Positions 25,295-39,307 are shown, counted from the first letter of the stretch. The stretch: DNA of 64,000 bases from Leucoraja ocellata (GCA_036785375.1 JAWMAR010000007.1:11222001-11286000), one strand, 5' to 3'. The notes: a model not told the origin generated them from the letters alone. Numbers and translations are program-made.

Positions 25295-26692
25295 TTACTG
25301 TTAAGTATAAGAACTGGCCAGAACTGCCTCAAAAGTCAATATTACCAGACACAAACCACCATAGCTAGAGGCTGATGACAATACCACTGGAGATGCCACA
25401 AGTCTCCCGTCAACACCAACATTGGAGATGAGACAGTGGCGTTCACCTCTGTTCAAACATGAGAAAGTGAAGCCAATCGTAAGAGTGCAGTCCACATGTG
25501 GCAGCTCAAATATCAAACCCACACATGGGCTGTAGTGTTGCTTATTGAAAATGCAAGAGTATCATGAGGAAGACAGATGAACGTAGAACTGTCGAAAGAT
25601 ATTACAAATATTAATCTAATACAGATATAGGCAGAGAAATGGCAGATGGAGTTTGATCCGAACACGTGTGAAGTGTTGTCTTTGGGAGGTTGAATGCAAG
25701 TGGAAAATATACAAGGGCAAGACCCTTAATACCACTGATGTACAGACAAATATTGGGATCCAATTCCATAACTCCCTGAAAATGGCAACACATTAAAAAA
25801 GTGTACAGTATTTTTGCTTTCATTGGTCAAGGGACTGAATACAAGATGTGTAGGAAGGAACTGCAGATGTTGGTTAAAACTGAAGATGGACACAAAAAGC
25901 TGGAGTAACTCAGCGGGACAGGCAGCATCTCTGAAGAGAAAGGATGGGTCACGTTACAGGTCAAGAAGAAGATACTTGACCCGAAACATCATCCATTCCT
26001 TCTCTCCAGAGATGCTACCTGTCCCGGTGAGTTACTCCAGCTTTTAGTGTCTATCTACTGAATACAAGAGTCAGGAAGTCATGTTGTAGCTCTATACAAC
26101 TTTAGTTATGACACTGGGATTATTGCATTCAGTTTTATGTGCAGTTTTTACCCATTACAGGATGAGGAGACTTTGGAAAGGGTTCAGAAGAGGTTTACCA
26201 GAATGCTGCCTGGATTAGAGGGTAATAGTTATAAGTAAAGGTCGGACATACTTGAACTGTTTCTCTGGACTGTTGAAAGTTTATAAAAATATGAAAGACA
26301 TGGATAGGAGAGAGAGTCAGAACCTTTTGCCTACGGCGGAAATGTCAACGAATAGACGGTATTGTCACAAGGACAGATGGGAAAAGATGAAAGGAGATAT
26401 GTGGGGAAAGTTATTGTTTACACAGAGGGTGGTGGGTGCCAGGAAAATACTGCTGGGGGTGGAGGTGGAGGCAGCTACGATAGTGGAGTTTTAGAGACTT
26501 TTTGAAATGCAGGTAATGGAAGAAATGCATCACCTGCAGGTAGACGAGATTAACGTAGCATCATGTTCGGTACAGACATTGCGGGCCAAAGGGCCTGTTC
26601 CTGTGCTGGTCTACACTGTCAGTGGGAGCTCATTCCTCTTAAGGTTGTTCAATATGATGTTATCGTTTACAGCATAACATACGTTTCCTTAC

Positions 26693-27055
26693 CCACAACC
26701 TGCAGTTTCATCTCATCCTGAGTCACAGTCGTCAACGTTGAATTCCTGACATAAACGTGACAGGAGTAATCACTGGCGTCATCCAGTTTGAGTCCCTTCA
26801 CTCTGATGGAGGCGTCTCCCTGCTCCAGATTTCCCACCATCTGATATCGATTTTCTATATTGACATTTTCAGGAATGCGATTTGCTGCTGGGCGGGGAGA
26901 AGTGTCACGAAAGACAACAGACCATTTTGGTGGATTCCCCTTCATCCAGCTGATGGTGATGGAGCTGGGATTCCTGTTCGAGGGACTGAAGGAGCAGGGC
27001 AGTGTGGCAGTCGCACCCTTCCTCCCAATCACCATGGATGCTCTGTCATTATCAC
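26693..27055 (-). CDS. Siglec-15-like receptor, exon 4 (V3)
   Basis: ATLPC, ITISW, GDASIRV, DASDYSCHV. Acceptor tcttctctctgcaag, donor G|GTAAGG, 363 nt. Confidence 0.88.
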
Positions 27056-27444
27056 CTTGCAGAGAGAAGAGTTTTAAAGTGTGAATATGATTTAGTAATT
27101 GAATACAATAACCACAGTCTTCATCAATAGTTCATCCATACTTGTGACTTGGATTCTCCATCCCATTCCACTCTGATCCACCTGTTCCTGAACTGCACTA
27201 TTCTAATAAGGGCCAATCTCAAGTAGAGACATCTCAGTTTCAGTCTGGCCAGGATGGAGCCTTGACCTTGAAGACCAGGAACCGGAGAGGAGGATGGAGG
27301 GTGACTAAAGGCGCGGTTAACTGAATTAGGTGGGGTGGGGGGGGTGGGGGGGGGGGGGGGGGTGGGGGGGGTGGGGGGGTTGGGTCTTAGGTTCTGCACC
27401 CGAAGCACTTCTCATTACCTCTGACATCTGCACTAATCAGGAAT

Positions 27445-28340
27445 CAACTTATCTCTGCCTTAAATATATCCACTGACTTTGCCTCCACAGCCATCTGTGG
27501 CAATGAATTCCATAGATTCACCACCCTCCTACCAAAGAAATTCATCCTCATCTCCTTCCTAAAAGAACGTCCTTTAATTCTGAGGCTAAAACCTCGCGTC
27601 TTCAACTCTCCCACTAGTGGAAGCATCCTCTCCACATCCAAGCCTTTCACTGTTCTGTCTGTTTCAATGTCGTCCTCCCTCATTCTTCTAAACTGCAGCA
27701 AACATAGGCCCAGTGCCGTCAAATATTCATCTGATGTTATCCTACTAATTCCTGGGATCATTCTTGTGAACCTCCTCTGGACCCTCTCCAGAGCCAGCAC
27801 ATCCTTCCTCAGATATGGTGCCTAAAATTGCTCACAATATTCCAAATGTGGCCTGACCAGCGCCTGAAAGATTCTCAGCATTACATCCCTACTTTTGCAT
27901 ATAAACCCTCTCGAAATAAATGCTAGCATTGCGTTTGCTTTCTTTACAACTGATTCAACTTGCAGATTGACTTTTTGTGAATCCTGCACCAGCATTCTCA
28001 AGTCACCTTGCACCTCCGATTTCTGGATTCTCTCCCCATTTAGAAAGTAACCAATGCCTTTAATCCTATTACCAAAATACATGACTCCACACTTTTCCAC
28101 ACCTTTCCATCTGCCACTTCTCTGCCCACTCTCCCAACCTATCCAAGTTCTTCTGCAGAGACCCTGCTTTCTCTGCACTACCTGCCCATCCACCTATTTT
28201 TGTATACTCTGCAAACTTGGCCACAAAGCCTTCAATCCCCTCATCCAAATCATTAATATACAACGTGAAGAGCAGTGGCCCCAGCACCGAGCCCTGCGGA
28301 ACTCTGCTAGTAACTGGGAGCCAACCAGAAAATGCCTGGT
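27445..28340 (-). mobile_element. CR1 LINE RT/C-terminal fragment
   Basis: [26 protein letters not shown] and LERVQRRFTRMIPG, with frameshifts. Confidence 0.88.
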
Positions 28341-28807
28341 TAACGGAATCAGGAGGGGTGGAGGAGTTTTTAACTTCCGCTCCCTAATCTCATCTGCGGG
28401 AGGAGCCCCCCCCCCACCGCACAGCACCCCTGGGGAAGAAGGGCTGAATAGGGCTGTGCAGGGTGAGGGTCAACATTCCAGGACAACTGGAATGGAGGCG
28501 GCGGCTGCAATGGGGCCTCTGTGGCCACTGCATCGAGGACTGTAAAATGGTGCAAAATGGCAACTGTTGCCCAGACTCAGTGGGTTCTTCTGTACATGAT
28601 GTACTAACCGGGGGGATTGTGCTTATTTATGTACGGTGATATTCTTACTGATCTGTATGCAAAATAGTATTTCACTGTACTTGCTACATGTGATAATAAA
28701 GAAACCATTGAACCGAAAATAGACACAAAATGCTGGAGTAATTCAGCGGGCTGGCAGCATCTCTGGATAGAATGAATCGGTGACGTTTCGGGTCGTGATT
28801 CTTCTTC

Positions 28808-29016
28808 AGGAGAACTGAGTCAGTATCGCAGATGCTGTAGAACTCGCCAGTTCTGATACAAACAGCGAGCAAGTCACCAGAAATTGTTCTATTCACGGTT
28901 GACCCATTGAACTATTGAGTCAACATTGAATGCAACAATTTCTGGTAACTTTCTCGCTGTTTGTATCAGAAGTTCTGCAGCAGGTTATCCATCTGTAATA
29001 CTGACTCAGTTCTCCT
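28808..29016. repeat. About 210-bp imperfect palindrome inside a fold-back repeat
   Basis: The arm aggagaactgagtcagtat...ttctgatacaaacagcgag...ccagaaattgtt is mirrored by its reverse complement. Confidence 0.85.
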
Positions 29017-29949
29017 CCCTCCACTGACACTGCCTGATCTGCAGCGTGTTTCTTGCAGCTGACGTACGTTTTGCAGCTCTGTTTTTATCTTTGTTTGTGT
29101 TCTCTGTCTCCAGTTTCCTTCCTTAATTTATCAACCAGATAAAGTTGCAATAATTGTTCAGAGAATAACTGATTAATATTCCATTTTGCTTATCTTCAGT
29201 ACAACTGGTTAGTTCTGATAAAAGAGAGAAAAAGTATCATCCAAAATTCTTGAATTCAATGGAGTCTGCAATGATGCAGAGAGCCCTGTTCTTCAAATTG
29301 CATTAGACGGGTTATAAGGAAGTCACAAAAAATAGTCAGAGGGGGAATTGCATGGATGATTAAGATTACAAGCACCAGAAAGCTCAGGATTAACCATGTA
29401 GAATGAATAAAAGGTTTTCCCTCGTTCCCCCGCCCATCAACTGCATTTATTCCTTGTGAAAGCAGCCAACATAATGAAGGATCACTCACACCCGAGTTAC
29501 TCTCTCTTCTCCCCTCCCCCATTACCGGAACCAGAGGCTGACAACAATGTCACTGGAGGTCCCATGATTCTCCCATCAACACCAGCAATGGAGATTAGAC
29601 ATGATGTTTATCTATGTTTAACCACTAGAAAGTGAAGCCAATCACAAGAAAGTAGACTCAACAAATGGCAGCTGAAATGATCAACCTGTCCATTCCCTCC
29701 CGCACACACACGTATCTCCAGATACATTATCACCATCGCTCCAAGATGGTGGCTGAAGCCTAGAGAGGGATAAAAATCACTGTTATTCATTGGTGCAGGG
29801 GGAGAACCAGGGAGGGGTGAAGATTTGAAAGAGACCCAGCGGGAGAATGGAGTGAAATATTCAGAGAGGAAACAGAACGAAGCTCATTCTTCTCACAGTT
29901 GTTCAATGTGATTTTATCATTTACTCCTCAACATTGACTGTTTCCTTAC

Positions 29950-30318
29950 CCAAAACCTGTAGTCCCACTTCATCCTGAGTCACCTGAATTTTTTTCTTCA
30001 GAGGGGAATTCCAGGTCCAAACATGACAGAAATAGTTGTTGGTGTCATTCAATGTGAGTCCCCTCACTCTGATGGAGGCGTCTCCATTGTCTACGTTTCC
30101 CACCAGCTCATATCGACCTCCTGTATTTACATTGTCAGTGCCTGGACCACTTGTGGCGTAGGAGCGGGTATGATTAAAGACAACGGACTCTTCCCATGGA
30201 GTCCCCTTCATCCAGAGGATAGTGATCACCCTGCTATTTGCTCTCGAGTGTTTGAAGTTGCAGTTCAGTGTGGCACCACCTCCTCTCTTCCCGATCACCA
30301 TAGATGCGCTGACATCAC
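29950..30318 (-). CDS. Siglec-15-like receptor, exon 3 (V2, V-set domain without the essential Arg)
   Basis: Open frame with ATLNC, ITILW, GDASIRV, DTNNYFCHV. Acceptor ctttctctatccgag, donor G|GTAAGG, 369 nt. Confidence 0.85.
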
Positions 30319-30420
30319 CTCGGATAGAGAAAGATTTAAAATATGGACATTATTCATTGGTCGGATGCATTACCCACATTTATTTTTATCAATACTTTAC
30401 CTGTGTCTGTGACCATGTTG

Positions 30421-30626
30421 ATAGACACAAAATGCTGGAGTAACTCAGCAGATCATACGGCATCTCTGGAGAAAAGTAGTAGGTAATGTTTGTGAATGGA
30501 AGCCTTCTTCAGACCTGAAGTAGAATCTATTCCATTTCTCCATAGATGCTGCCTGGCACGTTGTGTTACTCCAGCATTTTGTGTCTATCTTCGGTATAAA
30601 TCAGCATCTGCAGTTCCTTCCTACAC
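30421..30626. repeat. Abundant fold-back repeat family (gacacaaaatgctggagtaactcagc...); other copies at about 20680, 25845, 28720, 53400, 59830, 63225
   Basis: Self-complementary arms seen in multiple copies. Confidence 0.75.
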
Positions 30627-33230
30627 ATCTGTGACCATGTTTCTCCATCCCACTCCCACTCTGACCCATCTGTCCCTGACCCTCCTGCGCTGCTCTAGAG
30701 CGGTGAAATGTAACTGTAAATGTAACTTCATCTTCTTTATAAATAATATGCAGAATTCTCAAATCAAATTGAATAGAGTAATTGCAGGTGGCCTGGTTGC
30801 ATTTTGACATAACCTACAATGCTGCTAAATCATGCCTAAAACCCTGGAACATTGTGGTGTCAGTCTCGCCCCTCGCTCAACCAAAACTCTAATGGCCACA
30901 ACATCATAGTTCCATGCATTAATCCAAACTCTACATTCATCTGCCTTACACATAATACACATAGCATTGAAATAAACACACTTCAGCCCATCAGTTCCAC
31001 TGCGTTCATTAACCCGGCCCCGCCAGCCCTTCTGATCAGTCTTAAGCTGATGTCTACATCCCATTCAATCTGTCCACCTGCTCCAGTTCCCAACCTTCTG
31101 ACAAACTAGATTAAACCCTCCTGAGTAGCAGCAACACAACGTCCTACATGGATATTGTCGCCCCTCCAGTTGACTTGCATTCAGACCTGATTAATTTTAC
31201 AACAATTTATGTTTTAATTCTTGATGAAGGGGAAGTTCTGTTGATAATTTAAGTGGAGTTTAGGGTTAGGGTGGACAATATATCTAACAGAATTGATAAG
31301 GAAGGATCCAGTCGATGTAGTATACCTCTACTACATTTTCTACTGCATGTTCTACTGCATGGTCATTTTCCATCAAATTATAAGAAGATTGCAGATGGAA
31401 TATGAAGAGGTGGAGAAGGTGTGTGAGATAAAAATTAACAGAGACACGCACCGAGTGATAATACCTACACAGAAATGAGAGATAATTAAACAAAACAATG
31501 CTCAAGGATGCCCAGGAACATGTGGAAAACTCCTTCTGAGACACAGTTAACTAAAACAAATGTGACACATTGAGGCAATGGTTAGTGAAGTGCGAGACGC
31601 TGGGATCAAAGATGAAAGTATGAAGTACAAGATTACGATAGCTACATTCCCATAGAAAAAATCAGGAGAGAAACAAATGATTGTCAGGTTGATGATCAGA
31701 ACTGGGAAAAGTTACAATAAAACAAATGTCTTTTATGTTGCAGAGAAGTGGGAATGTGGAGGAATCTATGATCGGTTGGGGACAGGATTGCCCTGGTGAT
31801 CGGCTGTTGTGGTCACTTGATTGGTAAGTGAATGAGAGTAAATATTGAGGTCAGCCAATATAACAATATCACACGGCTTGATCTCCTCTTGTTGCTACTG
31901 CCAGGTAGAAGGTACAGGAAATGTGAACCTTTACCTCCAGGTTCAAGAAGACAATTTTGCCATTTAACAGGTTGTTTTGATTTCACTAAAGATCTCCCTC
32001 CCGAACTGTGATTCAGCAATCCCGTTATTTGTCCATAACAGATCAGTGCTGAAGTTTGGTTGTGTTTAGGTTCATTGTGGCATCATCAGGCTCTTGCACC
32101 AAACTATTATGGACTTTGTATAAGGTTGCACTTAATACTTCAAATGTTAATCAAATGCTATTACCATGTATAACTGATATTGTATTATTGTTTGTTGTAA
32201 ATGTATTATTATGTTGCATCAATGTGCCTGCAAAGTTGCAGCAATGAATAATTGTATTGTTCTAATCCCAGTGCATATGACTATTAAACACACCTGACTG
32301 GAATAATTTGGGGGATTGTGTGGAAAAATAGGGGGACTGGGACTGATGGATGTCAATGGACAGAGGGCTCTGGGGAATAGATGGATTTCACAAATACTTG
32401 TGGAAAGTTTATTTCCTCCTGCTTATGATTCAAAAACCGCAGGTCAGGGAAAAAGCAGTCTGACAGAGGTCAAGAAATTCCCTCCAAGAATGTTTGTGAA
32501 CCTTCTGAATTTTCCATCCCAGAGTTTAGTTTATTGTCACCTGCACCAAGGTACAGTGAAAAGATTTTATTACATGCTAACCAGTCAACGAAAAGACTAT
32601 ACATGATTACAATCAACAATCCACATTATGCAGAAGCTGTGGATAAAAAGTAGTTGAGTAAGTTCAAACCAAAGGTCCACAGTTTATCTGGGTCTCATGG
32701 AGATCACTGTCTAGGGATCTCTCAGTGAATGAACAAGGTCCAGAATTAGCCATGATTTTATGGATGAGAGTTGGTTCGAGCATCTGTGTTCTGACTCCTT
32801 CTCCCATTTCATGTAATAGTCTAAGCATTGTTTTAAAAACCAGGGACTACCCCTTCCTGTTCACTAACACTGCCTGAACAAATGCTGTCTCTCCAATCTG
32901 CCAGGGTCAATTTTGATTCTCTGTTTCACCGTTCTACACTTAATGCTGCCTCGAAAAAGCAACCACATTATCAAGGACAACTAATACCCTGACATTCTCA
33001 CACCAGTAGATACAAAATCTTGAAAATAGGTGCCACCAGATGGAAGAACAACTTCTTACCTATTGTTAGAGTCTTGAATGGACTTCACAAATGCTAGGGT
33101 TGAATTACCCGATCTTCCAATCTACTGCGTTAAACTACTCTTATAGCGCTTTCACTGTAGCTGTCATACTACATTCTCCACTTTGTCTATTTTCTCTTTT
33201 ACAGTGCCTGATGCACACATCTAAAGTATG

Positions 33231-36200
33231 ATTTTACTTCGGAGTCACGTGTGTGACTATGTGAAGAAGGGCTGTCCGTCTGCGTGCGCGTCATTACGTC
33301 TGAACGCAATGCACACGACGGACTGGCAGAGGCACTGGGTCCTCCCAGCCGTCGGGATTTTCAAAAAACAAGCGGCAGGTAAGGAAAGTTGATTTATTAA
33401 CCTGCGTTCTTTTCGGGCTTGAAGCTGTTGTAATTTCAGAGCCCAGATGTCGAGGAGACGGTCCGCAGGGAAGTCGGCTACCGATGACCGCAGCATTCCC
33501 AGTAGCGGGCGACGGTTTTGTCCCCGACATTACCGCCGGCAGCAGCAAACTTGGTGCGGGAGGACAGCACTGTGGTGGTCCCGGCGGGATGTAAAACCAC
33601 CCACATGTCTGACAGACCCATTGACTCGGATGAGTCCGGGGAAGAGGGATACCCTCCCTCAACGGAGAGCGTCCGAGGACGACTCTTCCACATGGAGCAA
33701 CTTATGGAGAAGTTGCTCCACGATGATCTGCTCCGAAGGAGGGAGCAGTATCAGCACGGGCCTCTACAGCAGACCGTGCCAGGAGCCTCACACATGGGGC
33801 AGTACAATGTCTTCCCCATTGGAGGGGGAAGAACATATGGAAGAAACCACTCTGAGTCAGAATACAAAAGCACGGGGGGGGGAACCTTCCCAGGGACGAG
33901 CAGAAGAAGTACCTCTGCAATCATCCAGGTTTGCTATCACAACACCACTGGGTGCTTCCCTGGATGAAGATCTAGCTAATAATATCAATTACCGAGCATC
34001 CCATCAACTTTAAGACCTGGCCATGGAAGGAACCATGAACAGGTACCCCCCACCAGCTACTGTGCTCCCCTGAAGGTCCAAGCAGTGAACCATGTCATCT
34101 GGGGACAGATTGGACCTATCATCCTAAACCAAGAAGTAAAATTCCAGAAGGTATTAAACCTACTGGGGTCTGGGATCACATCATTTGCAGGAGGAGTGGA
34201 AGATGGACTCCTCACTGACAGAGAACAGGACACAATGGCACTATTGTGTTATATCCACTTTGAGAGAAATTGTATTCGGAAGAATGCAATCAAACCATCA
34301 ATTAACTTGAAGTTCGCTGTCCTGTGTAAAGCCAGCAATGTCTAGCCCGCAAACTACCTGTTCGGGGAAGACCTGCCGAGACAGGCACGGGATCTGGACG
34401 ACGAGGCAAGAATGATCCACCTAATAACCAGAGGTCAGGTTACCCAAAAGGGTTCATCGCCAAGGATGCATCATACAGCTCTCTACGTTTTACGCCTAGA
34501 GGGCCAGGCACTGGAGGATGACCCACGCCGGAGTCAAGATCTTTTTAGGAGCAGGGCCCAGCCGGCCTACAGCAAGGATGAGGAGAGAACAACCACCATT
34601 TCAACCTCCAAAGCCTCGCGAACAAAAACCAGCGCCATACCGCCAGTAACGTCAGAGGTAAGCCAAACCAGTTCCTTAGGGAACACCCCAGACAAGCCTC
34701 ACATACTGGTGGGAGGAAGGTTAAAATATATTTTGAAAGAATGGTGTTGGGTCACAACGGATCCGTTTGTGCTGCACAGTATAGAAGGGTTCAAAATTGA
34801 GTTCATTTTGAATTCATCACCACCCACAACACATTCAAAATTTTGCACATAGGTGTTCTTTCAACAAGAAACTATGGATATACAGGAGGAAATTGGAACT
34901 TTATCTGACAAAAATGTAATTGAGAGGTCACATACAGAACCTCACCAATTTATATCCAATATATATCTCAAAAGAGAGAAAATATAGAGGGTCCGCATCA
35001 TTCTGGATCTTACGGAACTCTAAACATATGTGCAATATAAACATTTCAAAATGGACAATTTTGGAAGGGCAACTCAGTTGGTTTCCAAAAATGATCACAT
35101 GCCATGCATCGACCTCGAAGATGCATACTATTCGGTGTCTATTCACAAAGAGCAGGAGATATTTGAAGTTTAACTGGATGGGTCAATAATGGAAATACAT
35201 GGCTCTGCCAAATGGGTTGACATCAGCTCCTAGACTCTTGACTAAACTACTGAAACCAATTCTGGGTCTACTAAGGTCTCAGAACCACATAGTCATGGCA
35301 TAGTCATTGGATAGTTATATGGACAGGAAGGGAATGGAAGGTTATGGTCTGAGCGCAGGTATATGGGACTAGGGGAGAATATGTGTTCGGCACGGACTAG
35401 AAGGGTCGAGATGGCCTGTTTCCGTGCTGTAATTGTTATATGGTTATATGGTTATATGGTTATATTTGGATGACATTTTCATTTTTGGAGTCACCAAGAA
35501 TTGGCAGAAACATCAGTCAAAGCAAACCAAAACCCTGTTTGAAAGACTTGGTTACCTCATCCATCCAGTTAAATCAAAATTGACACCTACAAGGGTAATT
35601 GATTACCTAGGATTTACTATCAAACACAATAAATATGTTGGTGACTTTGCCTTTGGGAAAACACCAAGATTTGAGTAAGCCTGCTAGGACCTGATAGTCA
35701 AATACAAGCCATCTATCAGGCAAACAGCGAGTGTAATTGGCAAATAGTAGCTGCATTTCCAGCAGTACGTTACGGGCCTTTGCATTTCCAGAATTTACAG
35801 CGAGCAAAGGAATGAACACTCAGATTCCATGCAGGCCAAATTGGCAAAACTATGGATTGCCAGCAGAGACCATTGTTGAATAACAACGGTGGATAACGAA
35901 CGTGAGACAGCTCAAGGGAAATCTTGCTCGAAAGCCCATCGGTGGTTCTTCAAACCGATGCAAGCAGCTAAGGATGGGGAGCCACAAACACAGTCAAGAG
36001 CTGTGGGGGCAGATGGAATGAGCAGGAGTCTGTATTCCACAACAACATAGAATAAATTACCTAGCATTGTTTGGGGCACAATATGGGCTCAAGGTTTTCT
36101 GTAACAACATGCAACTTGTGCGTTCAAATTCAGATTGATAACACCAAAGCGGTGGCATATATCAATCACAAGGGTGGTGTAAAATCTGTATCTTGTGACA

Positions 36201-38122
36201 GATTGTCAAACCTCATTTGGCACTGGTGTATCGAGAGGGATATTTGGGTTACGGCGGTCTATCTACCAGGTAGATATATCACTGTGACAGATGCTAGATC
36301 ACGAATGTTTAATGATAACACAGAATGGATGTTGAATCGGGCAGTATTTAATGAAATAACTACACAATTTGGCATACCAGATATTGATCTGTTTGCATCT
36401 AGACTAAACCATCAGTTACCCAGATATGTGTCCTGCGAGCTGGATCCAGGAGCAGAGGCAGTGGATGCTTTCTCCCTCAAATGGGGAGGAATGTTTATGT
36501 ATGCTTTTCCGCCAATTTGTCTCACAAACCGATGCTTGACCAAAATCAAGCAAGACTAAGCCACAGGTATATTGGTAGTGCCAGATTGGCCTACTCAAGC
36601 CTGGTCCCCAAAACATTTTGGGAATATAGTCCAGCCATTTATGGCTGTACCCAAGAGCAGGGACCTCCTAGTGAACCCAATTACAGGGAGCAATCATTCA
36701 CTACATGAACGTATTAACTTGTTGGTCTGCAGATTCTGAGGAGGCCATTTCAAGGGATAGGACTGTCCGAATAAATACAACACAGTTCGGATAACGGATG
36801 TCTTGGAGTTCCTATCACCTCTGTACTATAATTATAAACAAAGTTATAGTGCAATCAATAGTGCCAGAAGCGCACTCTACTCCTATCTGATGGAAGCAGG
36901 GCATGGGTCGATAGGAAGGCACCCCTTTACAACAAAGTTTATGAAGGGAATTTACAATTCAATACCTCCAAGGCCAAGTACATGGACACATGGGATGTGA
37001 GCGTGGTACTAACTCTACTTCGACAGTGGGGACCGCCTATGGCCTTATCATTATAAAAACTAACCCTGAAGGTGGTACGCTGATGGCACTACTACCAGCA
37101 CAAAGGGTCCAGACACTGCAAAAGCTATGATTGGACTACATGACCACCAATATGCACAACATAACATTCGTAATCAGGAACTTGCTAAAACAGAGCAGGC
37201 CAGGAATGCCAGGGATGAAGATCCAGTTCTTGGCATATCCAGAGAACTAACGGTTGTGTGTGTGTGGTAACATACTAACACTACTATCTGAGAGTTACGG
37301 AGAACCTCAGAGGCTCAGAACAATCGGTCCTCATCAGCCATAAAAAACCACATCAGAAGGTGTCAACTCAAACCATCTCCAGATGGTCAAAGGAGGCAAT
37401 GGCGCTAGCAGGAGTGAACATTCATATCGTTAAATCTCACTCCACCAGGGCTGCATCTACGTCGGCAGCAAGAGCTATGAATGTGCTCCTTGACAACATC
37501 TCTTTGGCTGCAGAATGGACAAATAAACGAACGGTCCACCGGTTTTATAACAAACCCATAACCAGACCGGGGGTGTTTGCACGTACCATTTTAAGTTCTG
37601 TTCCCTAATTTCCCCCCAAGGTTGGGAGGGGTAACTATTTAAAAAAAACTTTTTCTTTCATTTAAAGCATCAGTGTCTTTACTTAACTACGTAATGTCTG
37701 AATGCTTTAATGATTACACTCATCCATGGTCAATCCATTCAGTGTGTGACGCCTGGATTCGTAACCGGCGTAAAATCACAGAGCTTTGAAATCTTCACAT
37801 AGTCACTCACGTGACTCCGAAGTAAAAGATTAAATGAGAACTTGCCAGTTTGAAGTTTGATCTTGATTTTATGAGGAGTTACGATGAGCGATTACGTGCA
37901 CACCGCTCCCACCCTCATACTATCAAGGTCATCTGGAAGTTCTAGTTTCTTCACAATTTTACTATTCTCAGGTATTCTTTTTATCTGTGATTTAACATCG
38001 CTGCTTTGAAGATTGACGCACACGCAGATGAACGGCCCTTCTTCACGTAACCGCTCATCGTAACTCCTCATAAAATCAAGATCAAACTTCAAACTGGTAA
38101 GTTCTCGTTTAATCTTACTATT
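33231..38122 (+). mobile_element. Full-length but decayed DIRS1-type tyrosine-recombinase retrotransposon
   Basis: RT (LPNGLTSAP, YLDD), RNase H (TDAS, DNTKAVAYINHKGG), methyltransferase-like (DLFASRLN...YAFPP) and YR (HSTRAASTS) domains. Has inverted termini and an internal complementary region at 37793-37898. Confidence 0.92.
35303..35462 (+). mobile_element. Short CR1 3' end inserted in the DIRS RT
   Basis: Matches the end of the CR1 at 59280-59345 and carries a (ttatatgg)n tail. It splits the HIVMA|YLDD coding sequence. Confidence 0.8.
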
Positions 38123-39307
38123 CTTCCAACCTCATCTATTGCATTTGGTGTCCCCAATATGATGAATACTTGTGTTCAGTCTGCCAAGGCCTGCTGGAGC
38201 TCCTGATTACCAAGCTTTTTAACTCCTCGTTCTGTTCTCACACCAACCTGATTGTCACTGGCCTTGTGTATTATCAGTGTGAGAACACACGCACATTGGA
38301 AGAACAGCACCTCATGGTCAGCTTGAGTAGCTTATAACCCAACCGTATGAACACTGAACTCTCAAAGTTCGTAAATCCCCCTCCCCCCCCCTCCCCCCCC
38401 ACACCAGCCCACTGTGCACACATTGCTCCATTATCCCTGTCACACTGCTCCTTTCCTCTCCCGTATTCATCTCCCATCCTCGAATCCCATAGTTCCTTCT
38501 ATCACGTCTTTCACCTGCCCATCTCCCCTGGCCCATTCCATCCATTTGCCTCCACCTTTACATTTTGTTTCCTTGTCTGACACCTTTTACCACTTTTCAC
38601 CACTCGCCATTATCACTGTCTCCACCCATCTGATAAGCATCTCCCCCGTGCCCCCCTCCCCCACCTCCATCCACCTTTCATTGGGCAAGCTTTGCCCCGT
38701 TCCCATCTTTCTCCCTACTACTCCATTAGTTTGAAGGGAACCGACCCGGATAATTGCCTGTCCATTTCCTCCACCAATGCTGCTTGACCCACTGTGTCTT
38801 CAGCACTTTGTGTTTTGCTCATGGTTCCAACATCTGCAGTTTCTAGTGCCTCAATGGGATGATTTGTCTGGATGGCACTCGGAAAAATATCACTGTATCT
38901 CAGTGCAATAGACAATAATAAACCAATACCAATATCTGAAACTTAACTGGAGGAGATATAATATGTGACTATAACAGCAGGCCAGATGTGGCAATGACAT
39001 CACCCCATTCCACAGTGACTGGACATCATGGTCAAGGCAGAAATGAGGAGTATGAGTGAAGATGGTTATCAAAACTACAGCAGGATCGTGATCAGCGGGG
39101 CAAGTGGGTTGAGGGTTGGTTAATAGAGTTAAAATTCAGTTTAGTGCAACGTGATGTATTTTAGACAGTCAAACCAGGGCATGATCTCCCAGTGATGTAG
39201 CCAACAAGTCAGCAGCTTGAACAATTGCCAGCCATGCCAGTAACATCGGAATCACAGGAAGCAGGAAGGAAGACAAATTGTTTGTTTGCAGCACAATCAT
39301 TCCTCAC

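Noticed and set aside
27330-27384. G-run / G-quadruplex upstream of V3
   Set aside because: Low-complexity and homopolymer-error-prone, with no evidence of function.
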